Shown here one piece after another: positions 8,877-17,052 of a stretch of DNA of 64,000 bases. The position numbers were made by a program, and so were the translations under genes. The stretch's first letter is position 1, and each line of letters starts with the position of its first letter. Source of the stretch: an uncultured Rhodobiaceae bacterium (GTDB lineage Bacteria; Pseudomonadota; Alphaproteobacteria; Rhizobiales; TMED25); the NCBI GenBank assembly GCA_913030915.1, contig CAJWEW010000003.1, forward strand, positions 829 to 64,828, read 5' to 3'. The notes under the pieces were generated by a model. It saw nothing but the letters and a program-made list of their open reading frames with translations, did no database searches and was not told the DNA's origin.

Positions 8877-9794
8877 ATGCGAATTGTAGTACACGGGCAG
8901 CAGGCATTCGGCAGTGCAGTATTGGAGAGACTTTTATCAAATAATGAGGATATTGTATCGGTTTGTGCCGCTCCCAATAAAAAAAATGGAAATCTTGATC
9001 CGTTAGTTGAAGCTGCAAATGCAAATAATATTCCAGTTCATCAACCAACTAGCTGGAAAACAGATGAAGCATATGAGTTAATGGAATCCTTTGATGCAGA
9101 TTTATGCATTATGGCATATGTGACATTGATTGTACCAAGTGCAATTCTAAACTTACCTCGAAAGGGGTCTATTCAATATCACCCATCATTGTTACCCATG
9201 CACCGTGGTCCCTCGTCAATAAATTGGCCTATATCATTAGGATCAAAAAAAACAGGGATAACTATATTTTGGCCAGATGATGGCCTCGATACTGGACCTA
9301 TACTATTACAAAAAGAATGCACCATTGATGAAAATGAAACTCTTGGCGCTCTGTATTTTAATAAATTATTTCCCATGGGTGTTGACTCAATTGAGGAGTC
9401 AGTTCAATTAATTAAGAGTGGCAATGCACAAAAGATTGATCAAAATCTTGATGAAGGCTCATATGAAAGTTGGTTTGGTAGAGAGCAATCAAAAATTGAC
9501 TGGACAAAGCACGCAAATGAAATTCACGCACTCATTCGAGCGAGTGACCCTCAGCCGGGTGCATGGACTTTACATAATGGTAATGAAATTATGTTATATG
9601 ATGTAAAAATAATTAATGACCATCAAAACATACCCGGTTATATCTGTAATATTGATAAAGAAGTTGGCATACAAATAAGCACAGGGCATGGTACAATATC
9701 CATTCAAAAATTTCGACATAATGGAAAAAAAATGAGTGCAATGGAATACGCAGAAATTAGCAATATGAAGTCTGGTGATATTCTGGGAAATTAA
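8877..9794 (+). CDS. formyltransferase-fold protein most like the N-terminal 10-formyl-THF hydrolase/formyl-transfer domain of ALDH1L1 (usually auto-annotated as Fmt-like)
   Basis: 305 aa. 'MRIVVHGQQAFG', 'GSIQYHPSLLPMHRGPSSINW' and 'ITIFWPDDGLDTGPILLQKEC' match the Nt-FDH blocks, including the catalytic His and Asp. A C-terminal Fmt-like subdomain is present. Confidence 0.7.
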   Translation: MRIVVHGQQAFGSAVLERLLSNNEDIVSVCAAPNKKNGNLDPLVEAANANNIPVHQPTSWKTDEAYELMESFDADLCIMAYVTLIVPSAILNLPRKGSIQYHPSLLPMHRGPSSINWPISLGSKKTGITIFWPDDGLDTGPILLQKECTIDENETLGALYFNKLFPMGVDSIEESVQLIKSGNAQKIDQNLDEGSYESWFGREQSKIDWTKHANEIHALIRASDPQPGAWTLHNGNEIMLYDVKIINDHQNIPGYICNIDKEVGIQISTGHGTISIQKFRHNGKKMSAMEYAEISNMKSGDILGN

Positions 9795-9827
9795 AAATAA
9801 CTATAAATATAAAAAGAGAATACAATA

Positions 9828-11504
9828 ATGACAACGGATATAGAAATTGCTAGGGCCGCCAAACCGCAAAATATTAATAAAATAGCAGAAAAGCTTGGAT
9901 TAGGTGAAAATGATATTGAAACATATGGTGGGCTAAAGGCAAAAGTCTCATTTGACTACATTAATAATATAAAAAGTAAGAAAAACGGGAAACTGATACT
10001 GGTAACTGCTATCACGCCAACACCTGCTGGAGAAGGAAAAACAACAACGACAGTTGGGCTGGGTGATGGTCTCAATAAGCTTGGAAAAAAAGCAACAATT
10101 TGTATTCGTGAACCATCACTTGGACCTTGCTTTGGAATGAAAGGCGGCGCAGCAGGAGGTGGCTATTCACAAGTTATCCCTATGGAAGATATAAACCTTC
10201 ACTTTACAGGAGACTTTCACGCCATCGGAATTGCGCATAATCTCCTTTGCGCAATGGTCGATAATCATATCTATTGGGGTAACGCACTCAACATCGATAC
10301 TCGAAGAATCGCAATCCGTAGAGCACTTGATATGAATGAAAGGTCGCTCAGAGAAATAGTTACCTCGCTTGGTGGTATCTCTAATGGCTACCCGAGATCT
10401 GATGGATTTGATATTACAGTTGCGTCCGAGGTCATGGCAATATTTTGTCTTTCAAGTAGCTTAGAAGAGCTCACAGAAAGGCTCGGTAAGATTGTTGTTG
10501 CATACACAAGAGACAAGGAACCGATAACAGCAGAGCAAATTGGTGCAAATCAAGCTATGGCTGTATTATTGAAAGATGCTTTAAAGCCAAACCTTGTACA
10601 GACTCTGGAAAACAATCCAGCATTTGTACATGGGGGGCCTTTTGCAAATATAGCGCATGGGTGTAATTCAATCATATCGACAAACTTAGCTTTAAAATTG
10701 TCTGATTTTGTGATTACAGAAGCCGGTTTTGGTGCTGACTTAGGTGCTGAAAAGTTTTTTGATATTAAGTGTCGCTATCTTGATGAAAAACCGTCCGTTG
10801 CAGTTGTAGTCGCGACAGTGAGAGCCCTTAAAATGCATGGGGGAGTTAAGATCGATCAATTGAAGGAAGAGAATAATGAAGCAGTCCATGCCGGTTCCGC
10901 GAACTTGATAAGACATTTGGAAAATATATCAAAATTTGGTGTACCGACCGTCGTATGTATAAATAGATTTATTAATGACACTGACAGTGAGATAAGCACT
11001 CTAATTGAAGCAATAGATAAGAGTGGCATTAAGAGTAAAGTGATTTTATCGAATCATTGGGCTGAGGGCGGAAGTGGAATTACTGACCTTGCAAAAGAAG
11101 TAATAGATATATGTGAGAATGCTGATCGAGATTTTAAACATTTGTATGAGCTCGAGGAGGGAATTGAGCATAAAATAACTAAAATTGCAAAGGAAATCTA
11201 TCGTGCGAAGGACGTTATCTTAAGTAAAAAAGTTAAAACTCAAATTAGTGATTTGGAAAAGAATGGTTTTAGTAAACTTCCAATCTGCATGGCGAAGACG
11301 CAATATTCATTTTCAACAGATCCAACTTTGAAAAATGCGCCTGTCGATCATGATATTGAAATAAGAGAGCTCAGGCTATCAGCCGGAGCAGGGTTTATCG
11401 TTGCGATATCTGGTGATATCATGACCATGCCCGGATTGCCGCGAAAGCCAGCTGCAGAGAATATTTATTTAGATAGGGGCGGTAATATTGAAGGCCTGTT
11501 CTAA
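9828..11504 (+). CDS. fhs: formate--tetrahydrofolate ligase
   Basis: 558 aa. '[16 protein letters not shown]' P-loop, '[18 protein letters not shown]', '[15 protein letters not shown]' and C-terminal '[13 protein letters not shown]'. Confidence 0.95.
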   Translation: MTTDIEIARAAKPQNINKIAEKLGLGENDIETYGGLKAKVSFDYINNIKSKKNGKLILVTAITPTPAGEGKTTTTVGLGDGLNKLGKKATICIREPSLGPCFGMKGGAAGGGYSQVIPMEDINLHFTGDFHAIGIAHNLLCAMVDNHIYWGNALNIDTRRIAIRRALDMNERSLREIVTSLGGISNGYPRSDGFDITVASEVMAIFCLSSSLEELTERLGKIVVAYTRDKEPITAEQIGANQAMAVLLKDALKPNLVQTLENNPAFVHGGPFANIAHGCNSIISTNLALKLSDFVITEAGFGADLGAEKFFDIKCRYLDEKPSVAVVVATVRALKMHGGVKIDQLKEENNEAVHAGSANLIRHLENISKFGVPTVVCINRFINDTDSEISTLIEAIDKSGIKSKVILSNHWAEGGSGITDLAKEVIDICENADRDFKHLYELEEGIEHKITKIAKEIYRAKDVILSKKVKTQISDLEKNGFSKLPICMAKTQYSFSTDPTLKNAPVDHDIEIRELRLSAGAGFIVAISGDIMTMPGLPRKPAAENIYLDRGGNIEGLF

Positions 11505-11521
11505 ATAGTAGGATAAAAAAT

Positions 11522-12556
11522 ATGAAAAAAATATGTGTATTAGGTGGAGGGGCTATTGGCTCTTGTGTTTCGGCGTCGCTTACTGATGCTGGATTAGATG
11601 TTATATTAGTTGATCAATGGGCAGATCATATTAATAAAATCAGACGAGACGGTCTTAGTGTAACTACCAAAGAGGGGGAAAAAAATACAAAGGTCTCTGC
11701 ATATCATATGAGTGATTTAGCAAAGTTACAGCCCCAATTTGATCTTATATTAATGGCTGTTAAGGCCTATGACACACAATGGGTGTCAAAATTTGCTTCA
11801 GTATATTTAAAAGATAAAGGTGTTTTTGTTGGCTTACAAAATGCATATAATGACGATTTAAATGCGGATATGGTCGGTAGAGAAAATGTGATTGGTGCTG
11901 TTGTTGAGTTAAGTTGTGAAATATTCAACCCTGGATTTGTGCAGAGAAATACAGTTCCATCTGGGACTTGGTTCGCTGTTGGAGAATTAAGTGGTGAGAT
12001 TACTTCAAGGCTAAAAGAGGTTCAGAAGATCATGTTAAATGTTGGAAAATGTGATTTAACTGACAATATTTATGGGGCTAAATGGACAAAGTTAATTGCG
12101 AATTCAATGACATGCCCATTTTCATCCTTGAATTTGAAAAATTGGGAAGCGGTAAAGTTGCCTGGTATGTTTGATTTTTCTGTTGGGGTTGGAAGAGAGT
12201 CCTTCAAAGTTGGAAAAGCTCTGGGTTATATGATTGAACCACTTTTTGGTCTGACAAACGAGGATATTGGGAATGCTGGTGAAGATGCAGCTGAACTAGT
12301 TATGAAAAAAATGGTTAAGGATGTTGGCCCTAATGCAAGGACACACGCAGCTCAAGATCATGTAAAGGGACGGCGAAGTGAGATTGAGTTTATAAATGGC
12401 AGAGTTTCAAAAGAGGGGCGCAAACTTGGGATTTCAACACCATATAATGATGCTGTTGTGGAAATAGCGAAAATGACACACAGTGGTAAGATAGATTTGG
12501 ACCCATCGAATATAAATATTTTATTCAAAAAATTAGAAGAACTTATTAAAGACTAG
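11522..12556 (+). CDS. ketopantoate-reductase (PanE/ApbA) family oxidoreductase; candidate oxalyl-CoA reductase by context
   Basis: 344 aa. N-terminal 'VLGGGAIGS' Rossmann fold, 'LILMAVKAYD' and C-terminal domain 'GAKWTKLIANS'. It follows fhs after 17 nt. Confidence 0.65.
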   Translation: MKKICVLGGGAIGSCVSASLTDAGLDVILVDQWADHINKIRRDGLSVTTKEGEKNTKVSAYHMSDLAKLQPQFDLILMAVKAYDTQWVSKFASVYLKDKGVFVGLQNAYNDDLNADMVGRENVIGAVVELSCEIFNPGFVQRNTVPSGTWFAVGELSGEITSRLKEVQKIMLNVGKCDLTDNIYGAKWTKLIANSMTCPFSSLNLKNWEAVKLPGMFDFSVGVGRESFKVGKALGYMIEPLFGLTNEDIGNAGEDAAELVMKKMVKDVGPNARTHAAQDHVKGRRSEIEFINGRVSKEGRKLGISTPYNDAVVEIAKMTHSGKIDLDPSNINILFKKLEELIKD

Positions 12557-13798
12557 CTATCTCTCAAAATCTGATTTCTCATCAAATGGTAAATTAGCAA
12601 AATATCTTCTCACACAGTCCAAAGCCATTTCTACACTGCCGAGCGTAATTCTGTGCTCGTCACCGATAAATTTACCTACTCTAGATTTCGTATCATTCTC
12701 TGAAGACATTGTAATATATGTATCAGCTTCATTCTCCTCTTGGTAATTTATCATAACAGAGAGGGAGAGGTCAGTCATATATAGCTCTCTAACTTTTGTT
12801 GTAATCTCCTCATTGAGTTCAATTGATAGCTTATTTTTTGATAGCTTCAATTTATCTGCGAGAGCGTCCAAATTATTTGAGCTAACAGAAAATTTCAGAT
12901 GATCACCCTTCTTATCAATTGTTGAAATTCTCTTACTTATATTACCCCATGTGAGGTATTCAGAGATGGACATTGTTTTATTATTTTTTTTTAGTAATTC
13001 AAAGATTGATCCCTCAAGAGTATTTTTGTCCTCTGCAAATATGTAATTACCAAGAGTCTCTCTTACTTTATCTTCAACAGGTTTGAGGTTTTTCTCTATT
13101 TCACCCAACGAGTTTGCCCTGATGGATAGCTTTGTTTCAAGCTGCGGGAAATGCGCTTGAAAACCTAGTTTTACAATCTTATCAGGAGATAAATCAACGA
13201 CATTTTTCAAAAGCGTATCTGCTCTCGACTCTCCAATTCCGTATGAATGGAATGTTTTGAGCTTCGTTACTATATTTTCACCCGATAATTCCAATAACCT
13301 AGGAATAATCTCATCTTGTAGCATAAGAAAAAGCTCTCTTGGAACACCTGGGGTGAAGAAAAAACGCGCCTTTTTAATATTTACTGCAAAGCCACATGCA
13401 GTACCAATTGGGTTATTAATTAATTCAGAAGTTTTAGGTAGCATTGCTTGTTTTTTATTATTCTCAGTCATTACTCGACCTCTTTTTATGAAAAACTTTT
13501 CCATAATTTCAAGCCATTCTTGTCTCAGCTCAAGCTCATTTCCGGATGCGATAGCTGCAACTTCTTGAGATAGGTCATCAACGGTTGGTCCGAGTCCACC
13601 ATTAACGATAACAGCATCGGCTCTTTCTGATGCTAAGTGAAAGGACTTTAGTAGGTCTTCTTTGTTATCACCAACAGTAGTTCCCCAAATGACATTCAGC
13701 CCCGCCTCTTCTAACTTTCCACTCATATGTGCAAAATTAGAATTAATGATTTTACCACTTAGTACCTCATCACCAGTACATATGATTTCTACTTTCAT
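12557..13798 (-). CDS. cinA: CinA-family protein (MoCF-binding/COG1058 N-domain plus a divergent C-terminal CinA domain)
   Basis: 'MKVEIICTGDEVLSGKI...GGLGPTVDD' N-domain. Start moved to ATG 13798 (AAAGGA SD, 4 nt after the MFS stop). The C-domain has 'EYLTWG' where PncC-type domains have 'ESCTGG'. Confidence 0.7.
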   Translation of the reverse strand: MKVEIICTGDEVLSGKIINSNFAHMSGKLEEAGLNVIWGTTVGDNKEDLLKSFHLASERADAVIVNGGLGPTVDDLSQEVAAIASGNELELRQEWLEIMEKFFIKRGRVMTENNKKQAMLPKTSELINNPIGTACGFAVNIKKARFFFTPGVPRELFLMLQDEIIPRLLELSGENIVTKLKTFHSYGIGESRADTLLKNVVDLSPDKIVKLGFQAHFPQLETKLSIRANSLGEIEKNLKPVEDKVRETLGNYIFAEDKNTLEGSIFELLKKNNKTMSISEYLTWGNISKRISTIDKKGDHLKFSVSSNNLDALADKLKLSKNKLSIELNEEITTKVRELYMTDLSLSVMINYQEENEADTYITMSSENDTKSRVGKFIGDEHRITLGSVEMALDCVRRYFANLPFDEKSDFER

Positions 13799-13802
13799 AA
13801 TT

Positions 13803-15029
13803 TTACGTCCTTTCATTATCTAATTTTAGGTACCTGAGACCACTGAAATACCAAAATAAAACCATAATTTGCATAGCTAATATTATCATAAAACTTACAT
13901 TAAATGCCATTGGGTTATATGTTATTCCATTAATAAGTGGGAATAAATCTATTACAACGCCAACAAGCCATTGAATAAAAAAAGCAATTACAAAAGTACC
14001 AAGGTTGACAATAGTATTTGCACGGGATGACAAAGACATTCCAAATTTCGCTGTTACCCATGGATAAGATAAAATACCACCTTGACCAGTCATAGCAAAG
14101 ATAATCCAAAAATAGGCGCCTATATTTGGAGAAAAAAAGATAATAGGTATGAGAGAAAATATATGAGTAATTAAAATTACAGTAAGAATTTTTAGAATTC
14201 CAATATTAAATCTATTGAGGATTTTGGCAGTTAAACCGCTAAAGAAAATACCCGATATCGCAGCTATTGCATTTATGGTTAATCCAGTTGCAACATCATC
14301 TCGACCATAAGATGCCACATTACTGAACCAAGGACCCGCCCATAATGTTAACAAGGCGATATGTGAACCACCTGTAATCCAAACAAGCGGGCCCAATCGC
14401 CATATTGATGGATCGCGTAAAACTATTTTTAGATCCCTCAATCTGTCAATTACGGGTTTTGAGTTATCTGTATATCCCTGCTTTGGAATTAGGATATATG
14501 TCAAAAAAACAACAATAAAAATTAGAATAATGAACACTCCATAGGTTCCTCTCCACGTAAAGAAATTAAGTAAGTATTCAGTGGGCCAGCTCGTAACGAG
14601 CAACCCTACTTGTCCTGCGCTCATGATAATTCCATTTCCAAGTGCAGCATTCTCTGGTTTTAAATACATGCTAACGGCACGGAAGCCACTCATTAAAGCC
14701 CCTGAGAATCCAACTCCGATCATTAATCTAGCGAATGTCATTACATAAATATTTGAGCTCAATGCAAAAATAACACAACCAACCGCGGCAAGCAGGAGAA
14801 GGGTTATTTGGACTTTTTTTGGTCCATGACTATCCAAATAAACGCCAAGAGGTATCTGTGCGAGTGCATGCGCTATTAACAATGTTGACGTCAGAAAACC
14901 TAATGAGGAAGCTGTGAGATTAATATCTGCAATTAAATTTGGAGCGAGTATCCCATTAATTGATCGAAATATTATAGCAAGTAGATATCCAAGTATGAAT
15001 ATTGTAATTATTAGAACAGATTGTTTCAT
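13803..15029 (-). CDS. MFS transporter (substrate unknown)
   Basis: 408 aa, about 12 TM helices, with an MFS loop motif region 'GVYLDSHGPKK'. Confidence 0.75.
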   Translation of the reverse strand: MKQSVLIITIFILGYLLAIIFRSINGILAPNLIADINLTASSLGFLTSTLLIAHALAQIPLGVYLDSHGPKKVQITLLLLAAVGCVIFALSSNIYVMTFARLMIGVGFSGALMSGFRAVSMYLKPENAALGNGIIMSAGQVGLLVTSWPTEYLLNFFTWRGTYGVFIILIFIVVFLTYILIPKQGYTDNSKPVIDRLRDLKIVLRDPSIWRLGPLVWITGGSHIALLTLWAGPWFSNVASYGRDDVATGLTINAIAAISGIFFSGLTAKILNRFNIGILKILTVILITHIFSLIPIIFFSPNIGAYFWIIFAMTGQGGILSYPWVTAKFGMSLSSRANTIVNLGTFVIAFFIQWLVGVVIDLFPLINGITYNPMAFNVSFMIILAMQIMVLFWYFSGLRYLKLDNERT

Positions 15030-15076
15030 GAAGCATTGATGATTAGTTATCTAACATGATCAAGCTATCTTATATT

Positions 15077-16114
15077 CTATGGCTCATCAATAGGATTTAT
15101 TATTGAGGCCATAACGTCATTCAAATATACAGTACCAATATACTTCTTCTTTGAGTTTAAGACATCAACTTCATTAACGTTATTTGAAATCATGACTCGT
15201 ACAGCTTCTTCAAGCTTTGTTTCTTTTGCAATAGTCACTTTTGAAAATGCATCTTTGGAGAGGTTTTTCATAACTTTTTCGCATTCGATGACTTTACCTC
15301 TATTCACTTGGGCTGTAAAATTTGATATGTAAGAGTCATGAGGATTTAAAATAATGTCCTGACCAGTGCCTGATTGTATTATCTTTCCATCTCTTAATAT
15401 TGCAATATTATCTCCTAACTTTAGCGCTTCATCTAAATCATGCGTTATAAAGATAATAGTTTTCTTGAGTTCCTTTTGAAGTGTAATAAGCATATCTTGC
15501 ATTTCAATTCTGATAAGAGGGTCTAGTGCTGAAAATGGTTCATCCATCAATAATATTGGTGCATCGTTTGCCAATGCACGTGCAATACCAACTCGTTGCT
15601 GCATACCCCCTGAAAGCTGATTTGGGTGATAATTTTCAAACCCATCAAGCCCAACTTTATCAATCCAATATTTTGCAGTATTCTCAAGTTCAGGGCTCTT
15701 TACACCTCTAATTTGTAGACCAAAATATGTATTCGATAGAACAGTTCGATGGGGTAGAAGTGCAAATTTTTGGAATACCATAGCGAAATTTTCACGCCTG
15801 AAGTTGATTAAATCCTTTTTATTCAATTCAGTAACATTGATGTTATTTACAATTATCTCACCCGTTGTTGGTCTTATGAGTTGATTTAGGTGTCTTATCA
15901 GAGTTGATTTACCAGATCCCGAAAGCCCCATAAAGACCTGAATCTTATTTTTTGGAATATCTATATTGATATTTTGTAGTCCAATGACATGATGATGGTT
16001 ATTTTGAAGTTCATTTTTATCAATATCATTTTTTACTAGCTCTATGACGCTATCTGGATTTTCACCAAATATTTTAGAGACATTCCTTAATCTAATATAA
16101 GGTTTATTTACCAT
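15077..16114 (-). CDS. proV: glycine betaine/proline ABC transporter ATP-binding protein
   Basis: Walker A 'GLSGSGKST', signature 'LSGGMQQRVGIARA', Walker B 'ILLMDEPFSALD' and a C-terminal CBS-like tail. Confidence 0.9.
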   Translation of the reverse strand: MVNKPYIRLRNVSKIFGENPDSVIELVKNDIDKNELQNNHHHVIGLQNINIDIPKNKIQVFMGLSGSGKSTLIRHLNQLIRPTTGEIIVNNINVTELNKKDLINFRRENFAMVFQKFALLPHRTVLSNTYFGLQIRGVKSPELENTAKYWIDKVGLDGFENYHPNQLSGGMQQRVGIARALANDAPILLMDEPFSALDPLIRIEMQDMLITLQKELKKTIIFITHDLDEALKLGDNIAILRDGKIIQSGTGQDIILNPHDSYISNFTAQVNRGKVIECEKVMKNLSKDAFSKVTIAKETKLEEAVRVMISNNVNEVDVLNSKKKYIGTVYLNDVMASIINPIDEP

Positions 16115-16994
16115 CTACAGTCCCATGACTTTCTTGTATTCTTTTACCGTAGGCTTGACTAATTCGGTCAAAAACAATTGCAATTCCAACAATTGCGAAA
16201 CCATTAAATATACCAAGCGTAAAGTACTGGTTCTGGATTGCCAGTAACACTGGTTGACCAAGACCAGTCACTCCAATCATTGAGGCAATAACCACCATTG
16301 ATAATGCAAGCATTATTGTCTGATTTATTCCAGCCATAATTGTTGGCAGCGCAAGAGGTATCTGTATGTATATTAGTTTTTGAGTATTAGACGCACCATA
16401 GGAGTCAGCAGCTTCAATAACAGCTTTGTTTACAAGCCTAATACCAAGATTCGTGAGTCTAATCATCGGCGGTATTGAATATACAACAACAGCGATGAGC
16501 CCGGGAATCTTACCAATTCCCAAAAGCATGACAACTGGTATCAAATAAACAAAACTTGGCATCGTCTGCATTACATCTAAAACAGGATTCATGATCCGTT
16601 GAAAAAGATTTGACTTTGCCATTAATATTCCAATCGGGATCCCAATGACAATTGCTAAAAAGGCCGCCACGAACGTTATGGATATGGTTTTCATGGTGTT
16701 TTCCCACATATCAAAGTAGCCAATAAGTATTAGGATAATAATTACAGACAGAACAATTTTAATATTTTTTGAGCCTAACCATGCGATTATTGCGATTATA
16801 GCCATAATGATTGGCCAAGGTGTATTAATGAGAAACTGCTCTGACTCTATCAGTAGAAATCTAATCGGGTCAAAGAATGACTCGATATTATCGCCATAAT
16901 TTCGTGAAAAATTTAAAAAACCCGAGTCTATTGATTTTTTTAGAGATCGGAGAGTCTCAGTATCTATCGATGGGAATTCAGTAAGTATTGACAT
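16104..16994 (-). CDS. proW: glycine betaine/proline ABC transporter permease
   Basis: 296 aa, multi-TM, OpuAB/ProW-like ('MQTMPSFVYLIPVVMLLGIGKIPG'). It overlaps proV by 11 nt. Confidence 0.9.
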   Translation of the reverse strand: MSILTEFPSIDTETLRSLKKSIDSGFLNFSRNYGDNIESFFDPIRFLLIESEQFLINTPWPIIMAIIAIIAWLGSKNIKIVLSVIIILILIGYFDMWENTMKTISITFVAAFLAIVIGIPIGILMAKSNLFQRIMNPVLDVMQTMPSFVYLIPVVMLLGIGKIPGLIAVVVYSIPPMIRLTNLGIRLVNKAVIEAADSYGASNTQKLIYIQIPLALPTIMAGINQTIMLALSMVVIASMIGVTGLGQPVLLAIQNQYFTLGIFNGFAIVGIAIVFDRISQAYGKRIQESHGTVDGK

Positions 16995-17008
16995 GCGTTC
17001 GCAATCTA

Positions 17009-17041
17009 TATCCTAGAAGGGACTGTGTCCCTCCTAGGATA
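17009..17041 (-). promoter_or_regulatory. GC-rich intercistronic hairpin between proX and proW (possible mRNA stabiliser or partial terminator)
   Basis: Arms tcctagaagggac (17011-17023) and gtccctcctagga (17027-17039) with a 3-nt loop and one mismatch. Flanking t-a and a-t pairs extend it to 17009-17041. It sits 12 nt after the proX stop and has no U-tract. Confidence 0.5.
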
Positions 17042-17052
17042 CGTAATAAATG

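Noticed and set aside
13803-15029. Considered calling the MFS transporter an OxlT-like oxalate:formate antiporter because of the nearby oxalate genes.
   Set aside because: I could see no convincing similarity to OxlT by eye. The gene is separated from the island by cinA and lies on the opposite strand. It is kept as a generic MFS transporter.
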